Source: Polyangiaceae bacterium | GTDB taxonomy: Bacteria > Myxococcota_A > Polyangia > Polyangiales > Polyangiaceae | DNA length: 64,000 bases | Assembly (NCBI GenBank): GCA_044376115.1 | Contig: JBILLK010000015.1 | Location: 64,001-128,000, forward strand | Reading direction: 5' to 3' | Shown: piece after piece, positions 50,917 through 60,883 of the stretch | How positions within the stretch are numbered: the first letter of the stretch is position 1 | How the letters are laid out: every line of letters starts with the position of its first letter | Translations under genes and position numbers: made by a program | The notes under the pieces: generated by a model | Database searches by the model: none | What the model was told of the DNA's origin: nothing | Seen by the model: only the letters and a program-made list of their open reading frames with translations

Positions 50917-51404
50917 TGGGTAATCAAGTCGGTGATCAGAACTTGAGATGCAGCAACCGCGCCGACGGCGTGCCAGCGAGCGATCAGCTCTTTGCGCATG
51001 GCGTCGGTGTTCTCTTGATCGGCGATGCGGTCGAAGGTCTGCGACCGCAGATAGGCCAAGGTCACATCCCGCACGCGCGGGATGAACACCTTGAAGTCGT
51101 CCTCTTTGGACTCACGCGTCAACTCGATGGCGATCGTCAACTTGATGGCGCGCGGCTTACCCTCAGCGTCAGGAATGTTGGCGATGAAGGGCTCGAGCGG
51201 GACGGTGGGTCCGGGCGGCGCGAACTTGGGCTTCTCCGGCTCGTGATGGTCCGCCGGTTTGGAGGCCGCGCGGGCACCGCCGTAGGCTGCGCCCCCGGCC
51301 AGGACCGCCGAGAGCACCACGCCCACGATGACCATGGAGCTGCCGCCCTTCTTGCCACCTTCGGCCTTGGCGCCTTCGGGTGCGTCTTCTTTCTTTTCAC
51401 TCAT
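50913..51404 (-). CDS. fliL: Flagellar basal-body associated protein FliL
   Basis: Single N-terminal TM; LEPFIANI, PRVRD, VLITDLITQ. Confidence 0.85.
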   Translation of the reverse strand: MSEKKEDAPEGAKAEGGKKGGSSMVIVGVVLSAVLAGGAAYGGARAASKPADHHEPEKPKFAPPGPTVPLEPFIANIPDAEGKPRAIKLTIAIELTRESKEDDFKVFIPRVRDVTLAYLRSQTFDRIADQENTDAMRKELIARWHAVGAVAASQVLITDLITQ

Positions 51405-51422
51405 GGTCTAGCTCACTGATGG

Positions 51423-52712
51423 TTAGCGCTTGAGGTTGACGACTTCTTGCAACATCTCGTCGGCGGTGGTGATGGTCTTGGAGTTCGCCTGGAAGGCGCG
51501 CTGATGCGAAATCATCGAGACGAACTGACCAGCAATATCGACGTTGGATTGCTCGAGCGCACCGGAGACGACCGCAGCGCGACCACCTTCACCGGCTTTA
51601 CCGATCATTGCTTCGCCGCTCTTACGCGTAGCAATCCAAGAGTTATGGCCGGCTCGACCGAGTCCGTCATTGGTGGCGAACTTGGCGACAGCGAGTTGGG
51701 CGAGAGCCATATCCTCGCCATTCGAGTAGACGCCCATGACTTGGCCGTCGGACTCGATGCGGACACCGGAGAGCGTGCCGCTGGCGTAGCCATCACCCGA
51801 GGCGGAGACCGAACTTGCGCCGGCGGGCTGCGTAATGCCATCTAGACCGGTGCCACCAGCGGCGATGCTTGTACCGAAATCGAGATCGATTGCCTGACTG
51901 GGCGCTGCTCCCGTGAAGCTTGGGGCAATCGGAACACCGACCACCGAGGTATCCAGGGCGCCGTTGGTGTCAAAGGTTAGCGTTCCGCTGCCAATCTCAA
52001 ACGGACCTGGAGTAGGCTGCCCCACTTCTGTTCCCTCAACCGTAACGTTGTAAGTCCATTCGTTCGTAGCGGGAGCAGGAGACTTTGAAAAGTATACCGT
52101 CAAGTCGTGTGTGTTCCCCAGCGAGTCGTAGACCGTCATCGTTTTCGAGAAGTTCGATGTATTGGCCGGATCAGCAACATTGAAGGCACCTGCTGCTGGC
52201 GTAGTCGCATTCGCGTCCAAGGACCCATCCAGCTCGAACGAGGTACTCGCCTTCGGCGGCAATGGCCCCGTCGGGAACTGAATATCGCCTAGCGTGCTGC
52301 CGATGGTCCCATCCGGGTTAACGCCATAACCCTGTACCCGCAGGCCCTGCGGCGAGACGAGGAAGCCGTTGGCGTCGGGCATGAAGTTACCGGCGCGGGT
52401 GAAGAAGTCCCCGGTCACGCCATCCATTGAGCCCTTGACCACGAAGAAGCCTTCACCGGTAAGGGCAACATCGGTGGGCTGACCGGTGTTGATCATCGTG
52501 CCTTGCGAGAAGATCTGCTGGGCGCGATTCATACGTACGCCGCCGCCCACGTTCTGGCCCACGGCACCGCCGAGGACGTCCTCGAACATGGCGCGTGACA
52601 TCTTGAAGCCAAGGGTATTGCTATTAGCAATGTTGTCGCCAACCACGCCCAAGGCCTGGCCCTCTGCGGCAAGACCCGACACACCCGTCCACATCGCTTT
52701 GTAGATCGACAT
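51423..52712 (-). CDS. flgE: Flagellar hook protein FlgE
   Basis: GVSGL..GDNIANSNT.GFK, FTRAGNF, VYDSLG..H, GALEQSNVD, QRAFQANSK. Confidence 0.95.
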   Translation of the reverse strand: MSIYKAMWTGVSGLAAEGQALGVVGDNIANSNTLGFKMSRAMFEDVLGGAVGQNVGGGVRMNRAQQIFSQGTMINTGQPTDVALTGEGFFVVKGSMDGVTGDFFTRAGNFMPDANGFLVSPQGLRVQGYGVNPDGTIGSTLGDIQFPTGPLPPKASTSFELDGSLDANATTPAAGAFNVADPANTSNFSKTMTVYDSLGNTHDLTVYFSKSPAPATNEWTYNVTVEGTEVGQPTPGPFEIGSGTLTFDTNGALDTSVVGVPIAPSFTGAAPSQAIDLDFGTSIAAGGTGLDGITQPAGASSVSASGDGYASGTLSGVRIESDGQVMGVYSNGEDMALAQLAVAKFATNDGLGRAGHNSWIATRKSGEAMIGKAGEGGRAAVVSGALEQSNVDIAGQFVSMISHQRAFQANSKTITTADEMLQEVVNLKR

Positions 52713-52778
52713 TCAAACTCCTTCGTTGTTGCGCACGTGGCGCGAGAGCTGCCCCAGGGAGGTTTTACGCCCCAGGAC

Positions 52779-53588
52779 TCACGAGCCCGGCGGGCTCAAT
52801 AGATCTTTGATTTGTTGCAATACCGAACTGGAAAGGGCGGGATTGCTGGCGAGATTGGAGGCAGAGCCTGCTGCGCTGCCAGAGCCCGAGCCGGAACCCG
52901 AACCAATTGGCGTTCCTCCCGGCACCGTACCGCCGACACTGATGAGGTCGCTGACGGCAACGGTCATGCCATTATCGAGTACGAGCTCGGGATAACCCTT
53001 CTCGAAGGTTACCTTGGTAACCATGGCGGTCACCTCGCGATTGACAGCAACGTCTTTGCCGTCTGCGCCAGTCACCGAGATGCTGTATTCACCGGCTTCG
53101 GCTGCAGCTCCGCCTTTGACCTTACCGTCCCAGAAGTTGGCCGGCAGCGGACCGGGCTCGAGATGATCGTAGGTCTTGGTCGAGACCACCTCACCGTTCT
53201 CATCGCGCACCGTCACGGTCACGTCATCGGTGGCTTTGGTGAGCTCGGTAGTGGAGCCTTCAATGTTGGTGCCGTCGAAGGCGACCTTGTCATCTCCCTT
53301 CACGGTGACCGTCTTGCCGACGAGTCCTGCGGCCTCGTTGCTGGCGAGACCGCGCAGCTGAAGGCTGATCAGGTCCAGCTTGGAAGACTGGGTGATCTGC
53401 TGCTCCACCGAGGAGAACTGGGCGAGCTGCGTAACGAACTCGGTGCCCTCCATCGGCTTGAGCGGGTCTTGGTGACTTAGCTGTGCCACCAGTAGTTTGA
53501 GGAACGCTTCTTTATCGAGCGTGCCTTGGCTTTGGCTGACCAGCGACGTTGCGTCGGTGGAGGAACCATCAACAGCGTTAATGGGCAT
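52779..53588 (-). CDS. flgD: Flagellar hook capping protein FlgD
   Basis: LDKEAFLKLLVAQLSHQDPLKPM..EFVTQLAQFSSVEQ. Confidence 0.93.
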   Translation of the reverse strand: MPINAVDGSSTDATSLVSQSQGTLDKEAFLKLLVAQLSHQDPLKPMEGTEFVTQLAQFSSVEQQITQSSKLDLISLQLRGLASNEAAGLVGKTVTVKGDDKVAFDGTNIEGSTTELTKATDDVTVTVRDENGEVVSTKTYDHLEPGPLPANFWDGKVKGGAAAEAGEYSISVTGADGKDVAVNREVTAMVTKVTFEKGYPELVLDNGMTVAVSDLISVGGTVPGGTPIGSGSGSGSGSAAGSASNLASNPALSSSVLQQIKDLLSPPGS

Positions 53589-53596
53589 ACTCGAAC

Positions 53597-55477
53597 CTAA
53601 AGCACGACCCGTACCCGACTCGAGGCGGCGGGGGCGGAAGCAGCAACGGGGGCGGAAGGGCCATCAAAACGAGCCTCATCACCGTGACGTGAAGGAGCCT
53701 CTTGCCGCGATTGACGGCTGTCGTTCATCGAGCCGGAAAAGGCTTGATATCCGACAGAAACCTTACCGACGTTGGCGTTGTCGAGCTCGTGGATCAGGTC
53801 GGTTCGGACCAACGAGAGCAGCTCCACCGCCTCACGATTATCTAGCCGCACGTCCAAATCGAGCTTTGCGCCTTCACGAACCGCCGACACTTTGACGCGC
53901 TCACCGTCTTGCAGCGTGGCGTGGGCCACCATCCCACGGGATAGCGTCATCGCGTCGACGCCAGCGTCGGCATCTCGTTGACGGACCTCGCGAGCGTCCT
54001 GGCTGACGGCTCCCTTGGCGTCCTCAACCAAGCGCAGCACCGCCTCGCGCAGCGGGCCTTCGTTGGTCGGCGTCAAAAAGACCTGCTCGGGCAGCAGCGG
54101 CGCGGGTACCTCGTTGATAGCGGAGAGTGCCTTCGGCTGCTCTGAGCGTTCGGCGCTTACGGCGGCTTCAACAGCGACGCGCACCTCGGAGAAATCGTTG
54201 GAGGGCGGGCCCTCCGCTGGTTCCTCAGCGGGAGACAAGCGCTGCGCGCTACGCACGCCGCTCACCGACGTCGATGAATCGGCGCGACGCATCGCCTCAT
54301 CGACGTCGGCGCGCATCACCGGGTGAGCTGCGTCCATCGTTCGGGGCGTGGCCGAAAGCGGGACCGCCTCGATCATCATGCTGCCAACTCCAATCGGCAA
54401 CGTGAAGGGTCGCGGCTCGCTCGACCCACGAACCCGAAGACCGCTGGTGGGTCGGGAGGTCACCGCTGTCTCGGGGCGCACCGTCGTGCGCAGCAGCGTT
54501 GACTCCGCCGCACCTTGGAGCTGGGCCGCTTGTAGCTGCGACTGCGGCACGCTGCTTCCGGCGCTCAGCCCCCGCGCTGTATCTCGGGTCGGTCGCGCCT
54601 GACCCCACGGCAACGTTGGGTGCCGCTTTTCTGAGCGCGTCGTGCTTGCAGAAGGCGCCGTCGCTATCGGAGCGCTGACGTTGCTCAACGTGGCCACGCC
54701 AACGCCGAGCGACTCAGCCGTTTGCGCCATCGACTCAGCCGTTTGCGCCAAGCGATCGACGTCGGGCGTCGATTCGCTGGCACGGACCACGCGAGCAGTT
54801 CCCTCGGGCCAGGTGCGGTTCCCCACCCGCGCGCCCTCGCGTTGCGTGGTCGGGATCGCTTCACTGCTCGGTTCGGACGAAGGCCGCGCTCGTACAGCGT
54901 CGCTTTGTCGCAAAGGCGGGATGGCGGCAGACGGGCGCAACGCCGAAGTGAGCTTGCTACTGACGCGGTTGGCCTCGAGGTCCGCGCCGGGTTGAACGGT
55001 GGGTACGCCGGGCATGAGCACCGCCGGCAACGCGCTCCAGCGGTCCTCACTGGCGCTGGTCGCGGACGTGGGATTGAGGTCGAGCTCAGATAACGGTGCT
55101 GCGCCAGCCGAGCCCGCTAATTGACTATCGCTTAGCGGGGTATCGCTGATGCTTTGGTTCGCCGTTTTACTAACTCTTTCGTTCCACAGGCGAGCTTCAA
55201 CCAGGAAGGGAGCGGCGGACATCGACATCGCCACGCCATACATTTCTTCGTCTTCGCTCGGCAGCTCGGAGTCGAGTGCCAGGGCGGGAGTACTATCCTC
55301 CGCCGGCATTGCGATAGCGGGGTCACTAGCAGGCTCGCCTTTCATCCAGCCGTTGCAGAGAAAGTCCACCAGCGTCGATTCGAATACCAGCTGGGACTCA
55401 GCGCTGGGGGCGCGAAGGGGTGCGGGCTCTGCAGCCGACTGTTGCGAGGGCCATTGAACGAGGGAGGGAATGCTCAT
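53597..55477 (-). CDS. fliK: Probable flagellar hook-length control protein (FliK-like), 626 aa
   Basis: Between fliJ and flgD; ATGA overlap with fliJ; long S/A/P/T-rich disordered body; compact C-terminal domain. Confidence 0.55.
   Translation of the reverse strand: MSIPSLVQWPSQQSAAEPAPLRAPSAESQLVFESTLVDFLCNGWMKGEPASDPAIAMPAEDSTPALALDSELPSEDEEMYGVAMSMSAAPFLVEARLWNERVSKTANQSISDTPLSDSQLAGSAGAAPLSELDLNPTSATSASEDRWSALPAVLMPGVPTVQPGADLEANRVSSKLTSALRPSAAIPPLRQSDAVRARPSSEPSSEAIPTTQREGARVGNRTWPEGTARVVRASESTPDVDRLAQTAESMAQTAESLGVGVATLSNVSAPIATAPSASTTRSEKRHPTLPWGQARPTRDTARGLSAGSSVPQSQLQAAQLQGAAESTLLRTTVRPETAVTSRPTSGLRVRGSSEPRPFTLPIGVGSMMIEAVPLSATPRTMDAAHPVMRADVDEAMRRADSSTSVSGVRSAQRLSPAEEPAEGPPSNDFSEVRVAVEAAVSAERSEQPKALSAINEVPAPLLPEQVFLTPTNEGPLREAVLRLVEDAKGAVSQDAREVRQRDADAGVDAMTLSRGMVAHATLQDGERVKVSAVREGAKLDLDVRLDNREAVELLSLVRTDLIHELDNANVGKVSVGYQAFSGSMNDSRQSRQEAPSRHGDEARFDGPSAPVAASAPAASSRVRVVL
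53601..53616 (-). promoter_or_regulatory. Possible internal sigma54 promoter for flgD-flgE
   Basis: GGGTACGGGTCGTGCT inside the 3' end of the fliK-like gene; ATG begins 13 nt after GC. Confidence 0.4.
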
Positions 55478-55905
55478 GCGGGCTTCTTTCTGCGTGACGA
55501 GAGTTCGTCTGTACGTATGCGCTCGAGTCTCGACTCGAAGGCCTGCCACTCGATCAGAGCGGCGTCGTTCATCGACTCGGCCTGCCGTACCTTGAGCGCC
55601 ATGGTTTGACTTGCGCGTGCGTGCTCGTTTCTTCTCGAGCTCGCTTGAACTTCAGAGTGGCTGGCCTCCTTCAAGCGCCGTGCCTCCCAGGCAACGCGAG
55701 CCCGCGACTCCATCAGGTCCTCCACCGAGAAGTCGCCTTTGACCGACGCGTCGTCGGCCACCTCCTCCAGGCGGTCTTGGGCCTGCCTTGTGATGGCCTC
55801 AGCCTCTCGCAGCGCCTCTTCACTCTTGGCCAGCTTCATCTGAGCGGCCGTGTGTTGCATTGAACGAATGCGCAAAATGCGACCGAAGCGGGCGTTCCCT
55901 TCCAC
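55474..55905 (-). CDS. fliJ: Flagellar export protein FliJ
   Basis: 143-aa coiled coil directly after fliI; RFGRILRIR N-terminus, ERIRTDE C-terminus. Confidence 0.65.
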   Translation of the reverse strand: MEGNARFGRILRIRSMQHTAAQMKLAKSEEALREAEAITRQAQDRLEEVADDASVKGDFSVEDLMESRARVAWEARRLKEASHSEVQASSRRNEHARASQTMALKVRQAESMNDAALIEWQAFESRLERIRTDELSSRRKKPA

Positions 55906-57209
55906 TACGTCCTCAATGTGGCGGCGAGAGCTGCGAGAGCCTCGGCTTTGCCCGTTCTCTCGGTGAGACCTTGCCGACTGAAGGTCTCAATCTTGGGTAC
56001 GAGTTTTTGCGCGACGTCGATCCTGGGGTCGGCGCCATGCACATAAGCGCCGATCTTGATCAGGTCGGCGGCATCACGGTACGTGCCGAGATGACCGCGC
56101 GCTTCGATCGCTAGCTTGCGATGCTGCTCGGTCGTAACGTCGTCAAACACACGCGAGATGCTCTTGAGGACGTCGATCGCCGGGAATTGACCGCGCTCGG
56201 CGAGCGTGCGCGATAACACGATATGACCGTCAAGAATGCCGCGCACGGCGTCAGCGATCGGGTCATTGAGATCGTCGCCTTCGACCAGCACAGTGTAGAC
56301 GGCTGTGATCGATCCTTCTTTGTCGGTGGTCCCAGCGCGTTCGAGCAGCGTGGGAAGGGCGGCAAAGACGCTCGGTGTGTAGCCTTTGGTGACAGGCGGT
56401 TCACCAGCCGCGAGCGACGCTTCACGGAGCGCCATCGCGTAGCGTGTGACCGAGTCCATCACGAGCAGGACGTTCTTTCCTTGGTCGCGGAAGTGCTCGG
56501 CGATCGCGGTGGCTGCCAGCGCGCCTTGCACGCGGACGAGGGGAGCGGCGTCGCTGGTTGCAGCGACGACCACGCTGCGCTTGAGGCCCTCGCCGAGCGC
56601 CTTCTGCACGAAGTCACCGACTTCGCGACCGCGCTCGCCGACCAGACCGACCACGACCACGTCGGCTTTGGCGTTGCGGCACAACATCGCGAGCAACGTG
56701 CTCTTACCGACGCCAGTGCCTGCAAAGAGGCCGATGCGTTGGCCCTTACCGAGCGGTAGCAGAGCATCGAGGGTGCGAATGCCTGTCTCGAACGGAACCT
56801 CGATCGGACGACGGCCGAAGGAGGGAGGCGGCTCGCGCGTGAGCGCAGCGCGCGTCGAGCAGGCGGGAGGCGGCTTGTCGTCGAGAGGCGCACCAAAGGC
56901 GTCGATCACGCGGCCGAGCAGCGCATCCCCGGCGGGAACGGTCGGACCAAAGGCATGCCAGCGAACCGGCGCACCTGGTTCAACGCCCGCGGATTTCCCC
57001 AACGGAGCGCACAGCAGCCGACCGTTCTTGAAGCCGAGGACCTGAACGATCAATGGCCCATGCGCCATCCGAATGACCAGGCGATCTCCTGTGGCGGCGG
57101 TAAGCCCTGCCACCTCGATCAGCAGCCCAACGACGTCATGAACTTGGCCGACGGGCGAGGGCCCGCGACTTTCACGGACCCGATCGACGTAGCCGCCAAG
57201 ATCGATCAC
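55905..57209 (-). CDS. fliI: Flagellar export ATPase FliI
   Basis: LLGRVID, GKGQRIGLFAGTGVGKS, GERGREV, MDSVTR, GEPP, LLERAG, ILDGHIVL. Confidence 0.95.
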   Translation of the reverse strand: MIDLGGYVDRVRESRGPSPVGQVHDVVGLLIEVAGLTAATGDRLVIRMAHGPLIVQVLGFKNGRLLCAPLGKSAGVEPGAPVRWHAFGPTVPAGDALLGRVIDAFGAPLDDKPPPACSTRAALTREPPPSFGRRPIEVPFETGIRTLDALLPLGKGQRIGLFAGTGVGKSTLLAMLCRNAKADVVVVGLVGERGREVGDFVQKALGEGLKRSVVVAATSDAAPLVRVQGALAATAIAEHFRDQGKNVLLVMDSVTRYAMALREASLAAGEPPVTKGYTPSVFAALPTLLERAGTTDKEGSITAVYTVLVEGDDLNDPIADAVRGILDGHIVLSRTLAERGQFPAIDVLKSISRVFDDVTTEQHRKLAIEARGHLGTYRDAADLIKIGAYVHGADPRIDVAQKLVPKIETFSRQGLTERTGKAEALAALAATLRT

Positions 57210-57922
57210 GGGTGCACGGCTCCCAGCGCCTCTGCAGCGGCGCTGATGCGCGAGGTAACGCTCATATCCACCCTGCCGTAGCGAGCGCGGATTTCACATG
57301 CGAAGCCATCGAGCCGTTGGTCCACGATGACCTCGGGCACGTTGCTCATCCCGGATTTCCAGCGGTCGCTGCTCATCAGCACTTCAGCGACGCGCGATGA
57401 GACGATGCAGGCGGCGTCATCGAGCGCGCCGAGCGCTTCAATGCCCTCTCGAGCCCAGTGTCCGATCACGGCGGGGTCCATATGGAGCTCGCGCCCAACG
57501 ACCTTCTCAGCGATCGCCACCGCGAGCTTGACCAGCTCGGTCTCTGAGTTCTCCAAGAGCTCGCGCCGTGAATCGAGCAACGACTGGCGCATCGAATCGA
57601 GCGCTTCCTGAAGTTCACCCGCGAGTTCACGCTGACCGTTCGCGCTGCGCGCCAGGTCCCTGAACTCACCCGGCATCGAAGGAGGAGGCGGCATTCGATC
57701 GCTGCCCTCGTCCCCGGTCGGCAAGACCGAGATCCGAGGTCGAGCACTTCGCGCAACGGCCTCGTAAGCCTTTGGGTCGTTGATCGAGCCGCGGTCGCGA
57801 GAAGGAGCAGCCCAACTCGTAAGCGAGGGCTCCTGCGGGCGGGGAGGCGCCATCCATGAGGGCAGCGGACCTTCCGAAGCTCGACCAGTTCCCATCCATG
57901 ACGCAGCGGTGCTTGTTCGCAT
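57206..57922 (-). CDS. fliH: Flagellar assembly protein FliH
   Basis: Between fliG and fliI; ELVKLAVAIAEKVVGREL; CEI..RYGRVD. Confidence 0.75.
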   Translation of the reverse strand: MRTSTAASWMGTGRASEGPLPSWMAPPRPQEPSLTSWAAPSRDRGSINDPKAYEAVARSARPRISVLPTGDEGSDRMPPPPSMPGEFRDLARSANGQRELAGELQEALDSMRQSLLDSRRELLENSETELVKLAVAIAEKVVGRELHMDPAVIGHWAREGIEALGALDDAACIVSSRVAEVLMSSDRWKSGMSNVPEVIVDQRLDGFACEIRARYGRVDMSVTSRISAAAEALGAVHP

Positions 57923-57925
57923 ACT

Positions 57926-58912
57926 TCAACCTCTTCCCAGGTCCAGAACGCCCTCGGCTTCGAGTCGGAGCGCCGTCTCGATCACCTCTGTTCGAGCGGC
58001 GTCCACATCGGCTTTGCGCGGATTCGATAGCAGCTCGAGTTCGTCTCGAATGACCTCTGCAGCGCGCGATGAAAGACCCGCGAAGACGGATGCCATGACG
58101 TCGTCTGCAGCTCCCTTGAGGGCGAGCGTGAGCTTGTCGGTCGGGATCTCCCGCAGCAGCGTCCGCATCGACTTGGAGTCGAGGCGAATGAGGTCGCCGA
58201 AGGTGAACATCGCCAGACGCAGGTCGCGCGATAGATCGGGTTGCTCCAGCTCGATCGTGGACAGAACCCCGACCGCGATCTCCTTCGGTGCTGCGTTCAG
58301 AATGGCAGCAGCACGAGCCATGCCATCGACACTGAGCGTCGTGACGCCTTCTCCACTGGGCAACTCGGCAGCAAGGGCGCTGGCTACTTCTTCGAGCGTG
58401 CCAGCAGGCAGCTCAGTCAGTTTCGTGACGCGGGTCATGACGAGGGCCTGACGCTCGGCGGGCATCGCCCCGAGCACCAGCGAGGCAGCGGTGGGCTCGA
58501 GGCGAGCAAGAACGGCGGCAGCGAGCTGGGGCGGCTCTTTCGAGAGGAGCGATGCAATGGTGTCCGGTTCGGCGGCCTCCAGGCGACTCAAGGGACTGGA
58601 GACGCCCTCCTCGAACACGTTGCGAGCCCGCTCTTCCCCCAGCGCTCGCACGGTGAGGCGGCGAAGATAGGGCAGGCCCCCGCGTGGAACCGCAACGGCC
58701 TTGGAGGTTCGCTCGACGAAGTCCCGATAGGTCATATCGAGTGCATCCGATTTCACCTCGCGCATCGTGGCAGCTACCAGGCGGAGCTTCTTCAGCTCCT
58801 CCTCGGAAAGTTCGGCGACGATGGGGCCAGCCAGCTTCTCCTCCAGCGAGAGGATGAAGACGACAGCCTTCTCCGGTCCAGTCAGCATGTTAGGTGAAGC
58901 AGCAACGACCAT
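57926..58912 (-). CDS. fliG: Flagellar motor switch protein FliG
   Basis: LTGPEKA, GGLPY, EPPQ, MFTF, LALKGA, SSRAAEVIRDELE. Confidence 0.9.
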   Translation of the reverse strand: MVVAASPNMLTGPEKAVVFILSLEEKLAGPIVAELSEEELKKLRLVAATMREVKSDALDMTYRDFVERTSKAVAVPRGGLPYLRRLTVRALGEERARNVFEEGVSSPLSRLEAAEPDTIASLLSKEPPQLAAAVLARLEPTAASLVLGAMPAERQALVMTRVTKLTELPAGTLEEVASALAAELPSGEGVTTLSVDGMARAAAILNAAPKEIAVGVLSTIELEQPDLSRDLRLAMFTFGDLIRLDSKSMRTLLREIPTDKLTLALKGAADDVMASVFAGLSSRAAEVIRDELELLSNPRKADVDAARTEVIETALRLEAEGVLDLGRG

Positions 58913-58922
58913 GCCCGTGTCC

Positions 58923-60569
58923 TCATGCGGCGCGCGAGGCGCCTTCTTCTGCACTACTGCCGGCAGTGCCAAGCCAATGACGCACGACCAACGCTGCCGT
59001 GGCGGGGTCCTCCTCCGCTCGACGCAGAGCCTCTTCACGAGCGTTCAGCAGAATGGGGGCTTCGGCCGTGAGTTGGTTCGTCGGCTTCACCTCACCCGAG
59101 GGCAGAAGCTCGACCGCAGTGATCGTGGTCTTGCGTTTCCCCCCCTTGGTGATGAGCGTCGCGACGATCAACGCCAAGAAGACAAGGCCAGCTGCTGCGT
59201 ACGGTAGGTACGGCTTGAACTTATCGATGGCGGTAGGTACTGGCGGCCCCAACAGCGCCGGGTCGATATTCACGGCAGTTGCCGCGGCAAACGACATCGA
59301 TCGCAGGGTGACAACGTCTTGACGCGAGTCATCAGCGCCAACTGCGCCACGCACCAGGGCCTCGAGCTGCTCGAGCTCAGCCTTCTCGCGAACCGCGGTC
59401 GTGACAGTGCCTGCCTCGTCGGTGGTGGAGATACCGTCAACAACCACGGCCACAGTCAACCGTTTGATGACACCCATCTGCCGGATGCGCTTCTCGGTAA
59501 CGCGATCGACCTCGAAGTTTCGCGTATGCTGATGGCGAACCACACCTGGAGCGGTAGGCGCATCCAGCGCCTCTTCAGGGGCGGAACCAGTAGGCAGGTT
59601 GCTCTCCGCGCCTGGAACACCAGCCACGGTTTGTTCGGGACTCCCCGTTTTCTCGACCGTCAGCTCCTCGCTGCGCAAGATCGCGTCGCGTGGTTTGAAG
59701 CGGTCTTCGGTCTGTTCGACTCGCGAGAAGTCCATATCAGCCGAAACCCGCACATCCACGTGACCGGAGCCCACGACCCGTTCGAGAATCGTGCGCGCGC
59801 GCTCCTCGAGGGAGGTCTCGAGCGACCTCACTTCAGCGAGCTGATCATCGGCCAACCCCGAATCGGTGCCTTCTTGATTTGCCTTGGGGCGCTTGAGCAG
59901 CGCTCCATCGGTGGTCGCGAGCGTCACCCGGTCCTGATTGAGTCCGGGCACCGCGGAGGACACCAAGTGGACGATCGCGCCAATTTCGGAGGCGCCGAGC
60001 TCGCGCCCAGCGCGTAGCTTCACCACGACGGAGGCCGAGGCGGGCTCGCGTCGATTGGCGAACACGCTGCGCTCCGGGAGAACGAGGTGAACCCGCGCCG
60101 ATTCAACGGCTTGAACGCTGCTGATGGTGCGCGCAAGCTCGCCCTCGAGCGCCCTGCGGAACATGACCTTCTGCTCAAACTCGGTCGCGCCGAGACGCAT
60201 CTTGTCGAAGTTCTCGAAGCCAACACCGCCGCCGCGCGGCAAGCCTGCTCCAGCCATCTCGAGCCGCAGTTCGTGCACACGCTCCTCTGGCACTTCGATC
60301 CGGCCACCATCAACGACCCGATGGGGGATCTTCTGCTCCTTGAGCTTGGCCACTACCGCGGCGGCATCGTCTTCGGGCAACGAGGCGAACAGCACCACGT
60401 AGGGCTCGCTCACCGAGCGAATACCAATGAAGGCTGCACCCGCTCCCGCGCAGAGCACGGTGGTGACGATCAGGATTCGCAGCGGTCGACTAATGCCGCG
60501 CCAGGTTTGCCCTACGACCCCAAAGGAGCCAGCATCGGCGTTACGCTTGTCATTCGAGGAATCAGACAT
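58923..60569 (-). CDS. fliF: Flagellar MS-ring protein FliF
   Basis: GLPRGGGVGFE.FD, RALEGELARTI, ARVHL, SASV, GVPGAESN, RLTVAVVVDG; two TMs. Confidence 0.93.
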   Translation of the reverse strand: MSDSSNDKRNADAGSFGVVGQTWRGISRPLRILIVTTVLCAGAGAAFIGIRSVSEPYVVLFASLPEDDAAAVVAKLKEQKIPHRVVDGGRIEVPEERVHELRLEMAGAGLPRGGGVGFENFDKMRLGATEFEQKVMFRRALEGELARTISSVQAVESARVHLVLPERSVFANRREPASASVVVKLRAGRELGASEIGAIVHLVSSAVPGLNQDRVTLATTDGALLKRPKANQEGTDSGLADDQLAEVRSLETSLEERARTILERVVGSGHVDVRVSADMDFSRVEQTEDRFKPRDAILRSEELTVEKTGSPEQTVAGVPGAESNLPTGSAPEEALDAPTAPGVVRHQHTRNFEVDRVTEKRIRQMGVIKRLTVAVVVDGISTTDEAGTVTTAVREKAELEQLEALVRGAVGADDSRQDVVTLRSMSFAAATAVNIDPALLGPPVPTAIDKFKPYLPYAAAGLVFLALIVATLITKGGKRKTTITAVELLPSGEVKPTNQLTAEAPILLNAREEALRRAEEDPATAALVVRHWLGTAGSSAEEGASRAA

Positions 60570-60882
60570 TGGTTCGCCAGATCTCCTGGAAAGCCTCGAT
60601 CAATTTGTTGCGGACGCTACCGACCAACTTGAGCGATATCTCCGCCTCCTTCACTGCGATCATCGTTCCATGCAGGTCGTCGAGGGTGCCTCGCGCAACG
60701 GCCTCCGACTGCTCAGCCGCCGCGTGCATCTGAGCCGAGGTCTCGGTCAACATGCCGCCGAGGACCGACTCGAATGAAGCTGCGCCAGACTCGGCTAGCG
60801 GGCTGCTCTCCGTCGGCAACAGGTTGCTGACGGCGCTGGAAGCTTCGGTCTGAGAGATCTGGGTAATGCCTCGAACAATCAT
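60562..60882 (-). CDS. fliE: Flagellar hook-basal body protein FliE
   Basis: DLHGTMIA..EAEISL...VRNKLIEAFQEI. Confidence 0.9.
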   Translation of the reverse strand: MIVRGITQISQTEASSAVSNLLPTESSPLAESGAASFESVLGGMLTETSAQMHAAAEQSEAVARGTLDDLHGTMIAVKEAEISLKLVGSVRNKLIEAFQEIWRTNV

Positions 60883-60883
60883 G

